Positions 1 to 9,351 of a stretch of DNA of 20,000 bases are shown here, one piece after another (the stretch's first letter is position 1; each line of letters starts with the position of its first letter). Source of the DNA: Halocafeteria seosinensis (Eukaryota). The stretch is from the NCBI GenBank assembly GCA_001687465.1, contig LVLI01000084.1, forward strand, positions 294,787 through 314,786. Direction: 5' to 3'. The notes under the pieces were generated by a model. That model was not told where the DNA came from. It saw only the letters and a program-made list of their open reading frames with translations, and made no database searches. The translations under genes and the position numbers were made by a program.

Positions 1-722
1 CGCAAGGACATCTGCGGGCATCCGACTATGTCATGAACAGATGTTTTCAAATGCATTGCGCTTTACTTACTGTGCGTAGGGTTGGATTCTCAAGACTTTG
101 AAACACCAAAACCAGGAAATGAGTATAAGCTTCCCATTCCGTCGGGTTCATTGCGTGAGTATAGGGAACTGTTAACAACTTCGCAAAGAATCGACGGAAT
201 TCGAGTTCTCGCTGTTCGAAAGTTGCCCACGTTTCTATATTTTGGCGGTTTTTCTCAATGACAATCTGCGCACAACACAAGATATCATCACCACTTTCCT
301 TCTGAGTAATATCCATCTTCACATACTAAAAGAATCAGCATCATTTGGGCAAAACTCGCTTTATTGGCGTCAAAATTTGGCCAAATGTACCGCTCCAGGA
401 AGCCTGTGAATTCCAAGACCTTCAATCTATCCTGGTCGATTCTGTTTTCGTGAGCCTTTAAATGACCGTAATAGATCGCATCCACCATATCATCGTCGAT
501 TTCTGCAGCTTGCTGCTCCTCTGGAGACTGTTCGTTCTTTTTCGGGGACTTTTTCTTCCCCTTACTCCCTCCCTTCTTCTTGCTAGGCGTGGCCGATGGA
601 CCCTGCGAAGCGTCTTGGGCTTCTGCGGTGGCATTATCGGATGCTGGGGGCCAATATTGCTGTGCAAGCTGCACCAGAGGGTCATCCGGCGAGGAAGTGG
701 ACAGAGGTCCTAGAGGGTCCAT
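1..722 (-). CDS. AQR: RNA helicase Aquarius (intron-binding protein 160), 5' portion; continues beyond the left edge
   Basis: ATG at 722. Exons 722-327, 265-71 and 11-<1, with GT..CAG introns 326-266 (61 nt) and 70-12 (59 nt). The spliced peptide LAQQYW...LEFTGFLERYIWPNFD..ASFAQMMLILL/IVIEKNRQNIETW...FLVLVFQSLE matches the Aquarius N-terminal domain (LEFSQYLENYLWPNF...NEKFRENV..W...FQSLE). Confidence 0.9.
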
Positions 723-1136
723 TTTACTCGTTCCAAGATCCAAAGCTAAACTGCTAGTGGTAAAAAATGTCTGTTAGCCACTCAACAGACAACGCATGGA
801 AATTTGTACTGTGGTCCAGAATCATGGCGTATATAGAGGAACCTTGTGTCCCACCTTTTTTGTCCCCTTTACTGCCCCCTTGAGGCTAACCGCGCAAACT
901 TTGCTTCAGCTTGAGTTTGGTATTCCAATTTGGAATTTCCAAATCTGTATCTAACGCTTTGGCAAAATGACAGTCAAAGGCAGTACGCACTCCCATTATG
1001 TTGATCACGTTATTTGACAAAATGTTCAGGAGAAACCACTTAGATAAGGACATAACATTTCTAAGCATCAGCTGGTGAAGAAACAGTTGTATTGACTAGT
1101 ATCTTCAGGTGTGATCATTGTGGGTTGGCCTCCTAC

Positions 1137-2326
1137 TTATTGACCCCCTGCTGCAGCACCAGATGAGGTACCTGCTCGTCGAGCCTGTTCTTCCTCCTGC
1201 TTTTCGCGCTCCACTTCATCGACGTATGATTGAATACTATCGACGGACAACATGTCACAGGGTTCGTTACGCCGACGTACAGCAATTTCCATGCTTTTCC
1301 CTCCACTCTCAACGATTTCTAGAAGAGTGCGTACAGCTAACTTTACAGCTCCTCGTTCATCAAGATCATCCTGGTGATGCTTTTCCAAGAACTCTTTCAA
1401 GCTTGAAGAATTTCTTCCTATTGCGTGCGCTTTCCATTCACTGTATGTTCCACTCGGGTCAGTAGAGAATAATTTCGGAGACCCATCATAGCTGAAGCCT
1501 GTAAGGATGGTTGAGATCCCGAAGGGACGCACACCACCGCGTTGAGTATATCTTTGCTGGATCTGAGCTATCTGCCTCGCTACATATTCTATAGGAGCCA
1601 TTTCATCCATTGACAACTTATAGCTCAAGCACTCCACACGCGACTGTGGTCATGGAATCGAAGCTAGGTTATAAGAGCAAGCGCGGAGAGTAGGCCATGA
1701 ACCCTTACTTTATCTACAAGTGTCCTTGCATCGGCGTTGAGCCCAGCGAAAGCTAGTGTCAAATGATCATCTAATGCGAAAACCTTATCCAGAGTTCTCG
1801 GATCCTGTAATTGGAAGTTGATTGAGTCTACAGCATCTAGTCATCCCACCCAAGCGCAGCATTCACTTACTTGTAATTTGGGTACTGTTCGTCGCTCTAC
1901 AGCCGTAGCAACGACATCTTTACCGCATACTCCAACCACAGCAGTCCCCTGTACCACCAAAGAGGGCTTGCATGGTGCATACTCAACCTTCACATCCCCA
2001 AGAAACATGGTTGTCTTGCTCAGGGGACGGCATAGGGGCAACACAGACCCTATGCTTTTTGTTGCCACCCCAAGGGCTAGAGTTCACCCATGCTAGACAT
2101 ACCTTGTTGACTGCTTCCATAGCGTATTCTACCTGTAGTAGATGCCCATCTGGGCTAAACACCGTTAGAGAACGATCGTAGCTGCATATACACACAAACA
2201 AAAAGCATAAGGGGATGATCATAGGTCTCTTTCCTCTTTATACGCCAGCCATCCTATATCCTGGCTCTGTATTTGCAGAGAGTGCACAGCTGATTGCTGA
2301 ACAATTAGTTCCACTTACGATGGCAT
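1137..2326 (-). CDS. PSMA7: 20S proteasome subunit alpha type-7 (alpha4/PRE6)
   Basis: Exons 2326-2319 (ATGCCATC), 2181-2103, 1948-1871, 1804-1709 and 1643-1137. Introns 137, 154, 66 and 65 nt, all GT..CAG. The peptide [36 protein letters not shown]...KLQ/DPRT...[10 protein letters not shown]...[18 protein letters not shown]...[19 protein letters not shown] has the alpha-subunit signature, and [13 protein letters not shown] plus AIGRNS are typical of alpha-7. Confidence 0.96.
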
Positions 2327-3511
2327 TTTTATCGAACGGGTGTTAGAGGGCTCGATGAATTAGATACCAAGTTGTACTTGGGAACTTCCAAACCTCGCTG
2401 TGAGAAGAAACGGTATGCTGAGTAGTTGCTATGGAGACTACACAAGACTTCTAATAATTGTTCATGCAAAACAGACAATGTACAATTCATGGGTCTGCGG
2501 TGAGTACGCCAGACACTATTCTTAAAGTTGGAGTTGTTGAAGGTCGCATCAAAGATTGTATGCATGATGCTTCACGAATTCAGTCTGAATTAGTCTTAAA
2601 AAATGCGGCACTTGTTTTATAGTCTTCTGCCCCATTTCTGTGCATTGAATACATGTATGTTTAAGGAGAATACTTTCTACGGAACGATTTATAGTGACAC
2701 TCACTTTGTGTATGGTATGGTGTTGTAGAAAAACAACGTCTCACATCCTACAATTGTAGCATCCTACACTCTGGACTAGTGGCAGTCAAACCAAGAAAGT
2801 TGTAGCATTCTTCATGGGTTGAGAGGGCCCTGTTAGTCCGTTGAATGAAGGGGGAGCGGTTCCCTCTTCGACCACAATCGAGTAACTCTTCCCTCTGAAG
2901 CATTATTTGTGCTACGCCAAGAGAACTTCCTCTGCTTCACTTTGGTGCATAGTATAGCACTCTGTCACCAACTCCCTTCTAAACAATATACTGCACCTGG
3001 AGGCGTACGAATTCTACAGCTTTGATAGTCCGCGGAGCGAAGCACAACACAAGATCTCGTGCTGCTGGCAGGCAGCAGTGAGACTAAGAGATTCTGTTGC
3101 CCCAAACGAGGGAGACAGCATCTTGTTCAACCCTTCTCATTGTCCCCTCTGTACATCACTTCGTAGACTTCCGACTGTGTGTTGTACCCCTCCTCAATGA
3201 TGGACAAATTGAAGCCACTGGACATGTGTCACATGGAGACCCATGATGAAGTTCGAAGAGGCACCTTCACAAGGCCGCCGCACCCGGATCTCAGTGCACT
3301 GTCTCTTCCTTACACTCGCAGCGACATTCACTGAATCCTATATCGGTTCGGAAGTTTGTCTTGAAAGAGTGCTCCTTGTTTGGCCGACCATAGTTCTGTA
3401 CGTTGTTCTCCGTGGGCTTCGTTTTCCTGGTCTTTTCCGGGGAACGACCTCGCACAACGGAAAAACAAAAGAGACGAGTTGGTGTCGCTTGAGCACCAGA
3501 CCGGGAGCAGT

Positions 3512-6242
3512 ATGTCAGAACCAGTAGGAGAAGCGCCTCCTCCCGTCTCGTATGACGAGAACGAGGAGGAGCTCACGCAGGAGAAGACTGTGGATGGGGA
3601 AAATGACACAGACAAGCAAGAGGACGAAAGCCAATCTGTGGATCAGCTATTGGACGTGGACCTTAATCAGCTCTTAAACTATCACATAAGCTTCGATAAT
3701 CTTACCCACGTTCTGAATTCGCTCATTAAAGTTGCTAAGAATCAGGACGATGACATCAAGTAAGTAGATTTTTGTAGAGACAAAACGATGGGCAATAGCA
3801 CCGCCGGGGACCCTTGCAGAAAGCGTAACAAAGAGAACGAGGAGTTGAGGAAAGAAGTGGACGGTCTCAAAGCCACAGTATCGACGAATGACTCCAAGCT
3901 CAATGACCATGACTCTCGCTTGTCCCGTTGCGAAGAGGGACAAGCAGCGCTCAGCGAACAGGTGAACAAAGTTGATACAGACTCCCTGCAAGAACGTGTT
4001 GAATCCATAGAATCTCAAATGGCTGAACTATCGAAGTCAAATGAAGGAGAGAAAGAAGGTGTAAGTGGCAGTGTAGCGTAATAAATTCGGCTCTCGAAAA
4101 CGAATAGCTACTCGGATGTGCGCCATGTTTTGTTTCAGTCTGGCGATAACATCAAAGACTTGAGCAAGCGGGTGGGAGATCTGGAAGAAAGAATCGGTAA
4201 CTTGCGTAGCGATCAGTCCACAAATACGTTGTGTGACGAGAATCTGCAGCGTATTAATTCGTTAGAAGAACGGTTGGACGGTGTACAGAAATCCAATGAA
4301 GAAAGTGCGCAGAAAGTGGTGGCACTGCAGAGTGACGTTGATAAGCTTCCGTCAAGCGATTCCCTAGCAGCCATGCTAGATGGTCACAGTAATTCAGGTG
4401 ACAACCAAGCCGGAGAGGATAGAGCAGTCAGTGGAGGCCGCACGGATGCCAGTACTTTGATGAAGCTGAATCAACTTGAAAAGTCAGTCTCCAGGATGGA
4501 GCAGGACTACAACAAGTGTGCGACAAAAAATGAGCTACAGGCTGTCAAAGATTCCATTCCACGTTCATCAGTCAAGAAAGGTGAAGATGAGTCTTCGGAT
4601 ATTGATTTACGCAGCTTGCAAGAGCAAGTACGGAAGCACCAACGAGAAATTGAACGACTGGAAGAGGCTATTCAAGCGCTCGACTCCTCGAATCTGGAAC
4701 CGTCTGTGGAAGAAAAGGTGAGTTTTTCTCCGTCCACAATTATTTTCAAAGAGCTGTTTTATCTGAACACCTATACCACAGGCTATACCACAGGGAGATG
4801 AGGAAGACCAAGACCGTTCGGGTGTCTCCAGTCAAGAGATTCAAGCTTTGAGAAGAGAACTGAGCCGTGGTATTAAGAGCATGAATACCAAAATAAATGA
4901 AGTAGACGAGGCATTCAGAGAAGAGGACCAAAATTTGCGCGAATCACTTTCAAAGAGAATCTCAAAGAATGCTGAGTTACTTGAAGAAATTCCAGCAAAG
5001 CTAGCGGAGTTGAATGGGGCAATATGGCAGCTTCGTGGGGAAAACGATGAATTCCGAGAGCCTTTGTCTTCTCTTGCTAAGAGTGCGGGAGTGCTTGCAG
5101 GGGTTTCTCGAGAGGAACTCGACTCGATACAGAAAAGCACAATCGAAAAATATCGAAATTCAATGGGCTCACGAGCTGAGCAAGGCGCTACCCGTCATGT
5201 GGATGCCGAAGAGAGCAAGGAAATGAAGAACGACGAACGAGATGCACACGTTTTTCCGGAGATCTACGGATTTAAGCAACTAGTCGTTGAACTTGGCCGC
5301 GGGGCGACTCCCAAGGTCAATTCCGACGACATTAGGACTCTCCGTGCTCAAGTAGGATCAATGGAAGATCAACTGCGCTCTCGAAATCGAAATGACCGTA
5401 GCCAGGAAACTGATGAGTCTGGACAACAACGGCGACAAGGGAGTGGGCTCCAGGAAGCTGAGGTTAATGAGCGACTGTCCCTCTGCGAAGAGGATATGGA
5501 GCGTCACCGTCGGGCCATTCAGAAACTCCGCCATGACGTCAAAGGTCTGAGAAGCGGCCTAGATGAAAAGGTCGATAAGGCAGATTATGATCAACTGTCG
5601 AAGAGTGTTGAAACCAAAGCAGAAGATGACGACTTGATGGCGTTGACCAAGACGCTACAAGATTACATACAACGAAGACCTCGTCGCAAACAACAGTCTG
5701 AGAGCAAGCATGACCAGCAAAGTATATGGGAGAGTGAGAATGCTGCCGCGGCAAACAAGCGATTAATACCAGGGTACAAGTGCCTCGTTTGTGATCGGCC
5801 ATTACAAGATTTTAAGCATACTGAACCGAAGTACGTCCCGCGGGATTCTCTGCCGCGCTACCAGAAGGATGCAGACTTCAGTTTTGAGAGGTTTCATCGT
5901 CCTGTTACTGCTGCCTCTTCAACAAACCGATCTCTTCACTCGTCCCACCGGCGACCGCAGTCTGCTGGGAGACCATCCTCACCTGACCCAAGAATGGATG
6001 ATCCGTATAATCAGGAACGTGCAGTCGGTGGAAAACATACACATGAGGATGTTAAATCCCCAGAGCTGAAGAGACTACCGAATGGACAAGTGATTCGCCG
6101 CAATAGTGTTACTGACGAAACGCATTCCCGACCATCGTCAACTCGTGAATCGAAAAGAAGTCAGGCGGGTTCGCCTCGGCGATCACCATCTATAGAAGCA
6201 GCGTCGCCTCGACAAAACGGGGAACTACCAGAGATTTCATAA
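3512..6242 (+). CDS. Large coiled-coil protein with C-terminal CxxCDRP motif (DUF4795/QRICH2/C16orf96-like)
   Basis: Exons 3512-3759, 3820-4060, 4139-4717 and 4782 (or 4794)-6242, joined in frame by GT..CAG introns. Long heptad-rich segments; LDEKVDKAD...AAAANKRLIPGYKCLVCDRPL resembles the DUF4795 C-terminus, and N-terminal ISFDNLTHVLNSLI resembles the VNF.ALH.LL motif. The gene model is solid; the family call is from memory. Confidence 0.75.
4771..4794 (+). repeat. Perfect 12-bp tandem duplication (CTATACCACAGG)x2 at a splice acceptor
   Basis: 4771-4782 and 4783-4794 are identical. Each copy contains a CAG acceptor (4779-4781, 4791-4793). Confidence 0.95.
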
Positions 6243-6294
6243 AAATGCCTTCTGCGTGTATATTCAGGTGGAAATACAGATATCATTGGTGCCC

Positions 6295-7552
6295 CTAGTA
6301 AAGAAAGGGAATGATTGCTGCTCTACGAGAGATCTTTTTGTCTTGTTTGACGTATCGAGCGTGTTTCTGCAAAGCCCACTGTGTCATTTGCAGGAACCCT
6401 ACAATCGTGAACACGTAAGCTGCAAAATACACACAATAATAGATTGCGCTCTTGTAGTACCAAATGTGGGATCAAGGGCTTACCTAGAGCGATGTTGGTG
6501 GCTATAGAGAAGCCCACCCATCCTAGTACCTCAAACGTGTAGTTCGGACAGCTGGCAAGGTTGAATAGCCCCCCTTGGGGAGGCTGGCGTTCGTCGCTAC
6601 CCTCCGTGGGTCTCATGCCGCGTAGCTGCAAATGGACCGCTAGATTTAGCAGTTCGCAAACAGCCATCAGACCGAACCCGGCGTAAACCAGCATTTCATT
6701 ACGCGGAGCCGTGTATGAGGGACTGCAAAGAGGATATCCAACAGCTAGAGCAAACCCCCAATAGTAAGAGCTGTTCTTGAAAAGATTGAAGAGGGGCATC
6801 GTTGGCCGACTGAAGCGGTGCACGAAGAAAGTTTCGTACTCCCGCTTCAGAAAGTGGAGCGTCCATGCAATTACACCCATTCTGCGCATCGAAATCAATT
6901 TATTTAAGGAGGAAAAATCGGTGAGATCCAACTTCCAAAACAATTGCTAACAACTGTTTTTGAATCACATACTTTGCAACCCAGTTGTAACCTTCGAATT
7001 CCAGCAGTCTTTGGAAGATTGAGGGATCGGTGATGCTGACGCCCTCGGATCCATAGATGAGCGAAGGCCGTAGCGCATACAGGAGGACGATGATGATGGG
7101 ACCCAAATACTCAACTACAAAGACTCCACGGTAACTAAATTGGGGTCCCAAATCTTTGACTTCCAACACGGCATCGCTTCCATGAAGCAAACCGTACTGG
7201 ACAAAGGACACTTCATTAGATCCCTTGCCGACAGAGCTAGCAAAGAAAGGCCACACGTACTTGTTTGAGGGTTTTCACTCTTCCTTGTAGGCGAACATCC
7301 TTACTATTCTCATCCTTGAATTTCATTCCAATGCGATACTTATTCAAGCCAGCTGGAACCCAACCAACTCATTCAATGATGCAACCAAAACAACGACGAA
7401 AACCCTTGAGACGTACTCTCTTTAGACAACAGTTCAGCGAGGCCGTCGACGGTCAAATCTTCAGCCACCCGAAGGGGGAAGTTCTTCCGCTTAAATTCCA
7501 CGGTAAGATCCCAGCCATTGTCTCCAGAACCTTGTCCCCTGCGAGCTGACAT
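6295..7552 (-). CDS. TECR: Very-long-chain enoyl-CoA reductase (TECR/TSC13; steroid 5-alpha reductase family)
   Basis: Exons 7552-7417, 7352-7261, 7196-6973, 6881-6484 and 6419-6295. Introns 64, 64, 91 and 64 nt. Motifs VKDLGPQFSYRGVFVVEYLGP, HFLKREYETFFVHRFSRPTMP..NLFKNSSYYW, SCPNYTFEVLGW and QMTQWALQKH...RAAIIPFLY* are diagnostic. Confidence 0.95.
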
Positions 7553-7580
7553 GATTCCTCCGCCACAAACAAAACCAAGA

Positions 7581-7600
7581 CTACACTACACTACACACAC
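7581..7600. repeat. Short (CTACA)3/(CA)n microsatellite in the TECR-DOT1 divergent promoter
   Basis: Sequence ctacactacactacacacac, about 30 nt upstream of the TECR ATG. Confidence 0.6.
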
Positions 7601-7608
7601 GCGCTCAA

Positions 7609-7618
7609 TCACGTGTAT
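7609..7618 (-). promoter_or_regulatory. Candidate E-box/G-box element ATACACGTGA upstream of TECR
   Basis: Reads ATACACGTGA on the minus strand, 56 nt upstream of the TECR ATG. An identical 10-mer lies at 11979-11988 upstream of CCDC47. Confidence 0.4.
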
Positions 7619-7908
7619 CACCAGGTACAAATATAGCCAGTGTTGCAGGAGCTCTGTGTGCGCGAACCCAACAATACAGCAAATACGGATGTGCAGACAC
7701 CCCTTGGAAGGATCCAAAGCCGGCGAAGCCGGTGCCTTCTACAACCGGCGACGCTGTACGCGCCAAAAACACGTTCAACCTTCACACAATACAGTTTCAT
7801 CAAGTTTGTAAGGCTGCCAAGGAGCAGAAGACACCAAGGACCATCTGAGTGGAACAAAAACAGAGACTGTTGTATGGAACATAGTGGAGAGGAAACGTAC
7901 AGACCAGA

Positions 7909-9346
7909 ATGGGTGTGAAAGCCCATTTTCGTGCATCTGTGAAGCGACCATCCCACCAATCTGCGCACCAAACCAGCGCGCCAAAAAGATCAAAGGCCCA
8001 AAATGATGAACTGGAGCAGGAAACGGAGGTAGATCCTGTGTGGAAAGAGGATTCAAGTATAACTGAACAGTGCACTGCTTCAGATTCGGTCGCGGCCTCC
8101 ATATCGTACAGAGTATTCCAGGAGATCGTAAGTGAGCTCCCAGCTGAACTTGAGGTATGGACTTCATGAAATAAGGTGAGCGTGCGCATGCAGGTCATTC
8201 CTCTCATCTACAAAGACCTCAGTGAGCGACAGATGCATCAAGTTTCTCTTGAAGAAGCAGAGGAGCTAAGACAAAGTTGTATGTGTAAAAACATAACGGT
8301 TTGTTCATACTGCCACTTCTTGAAAGTTCAAATTATGCTTGTACTACAGTTGCCAAACCAGGAAGTGTAACTTTCTCGAAAACAAACAGCAACAGGAATC
8401 ATAACTTAACCTATGGAGAAGTGGTCCCTAAGAGTATTGAAGAAGAGGTATTACCAGAGCTCGGAGAGTTGGGTGAACAAGACGTATTTTATGACCTCGG
8501 ATCGGGGACTGGGAAAATTCCACTGCAAGTCGCTTTGCAAACAAATGTTGGCAAATCCAAAGGTATTGAATATGCACAAGCAAGACACAAAGTTGCTGAA
8601 CAAGCGGAGGATCAGGCAACAAAGCTTAAGGAGAATGACGTTGGGAGAGTTCTAGATCGTTTGCCTGATGCTTACTTGGAGGACCTGTTCCGGTGTCAAC
8701 AATCATCTATTTCTAGGGAGGCATTAGAGCGCACATTAACAAAAACCATCCATTCAGCAGGAAAAAAGCTTGATTTTAGACGGGGCGATTTTTGCCGTGA
8801 AGATATATCTGATGCCACCGTAATATTTATTAACAATGCTGTTTTTGAACCAGATCTGATGTTATCCTTAGTGTCGCAACTAGCTACGCTACCCAAACTG
8901 CGGAAAGTAGTCTGCTTAAGAAAGCTGTGCTATCGACACAGTCGCAGATGCCACTACAATGGAAGTCCTTGCTGTGTATTCGGAAATCCCTCAAGGATGA
9001 AAGTAATTAATGTAAGTCTGTAGCTTTTCATCTAGCATACTCGGGAGGAAATTCAAGTTTCCATTTCTTGCAGCCTACGTGGTGTAGAGAAACAACGTTG
9101 TACACATACGTCAAGCAGCCGACGATGGAGAGCTGGTATTCCAAGAAGTTGACTCCCAGTAACAAAGAAGAGCGTCCCATCGCAAGCAATAGCTCTGCAA
9201 GACGACGATTACACAACCCCAATCATCTGGTAAACGAAGTCAGTGATCACACCAAGAAGGCTATCGACTTTAAAGATGGTCAGGTTGCAGAGATGCCGTC
9301 AAGCCAAACCTCTCTCGCGGATGACCCCTATTCCAGCCAGCAATAA
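7909..9346 (+). CDS. DOT1: DOT1-family histone H3K79 methyltransferase-like protein
   Basis: Exons 7909-8127, 8194-8278, 8350-9011 and 9074-9346. Introns 66, 71 and 62 nt. Motifs TYGE, DVFYDLGSGTGK (SAM motif I), KGIE, RGDF and DATVIFINNAVF, with C-terminal PTW equivalent to the DOT1 VSW motif. The start codon is not certain. Confidence 0.85.
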
Positions 9347-9351
9347 CTTCC

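Noticed and set aside
2000..2318. TPP riboswitch in PSMA7 introns
   Set aside because: CTGAG is present, but the conserved CCTGAT...AATGCCAGCG half is missing and the gene is unrelated to thiamine.
2329..2565. 78-aa ORF ending 2 nt before the PSMA7 ATG
   Set aside because: No recognisable protein features or splice support; length is compatible with chance.
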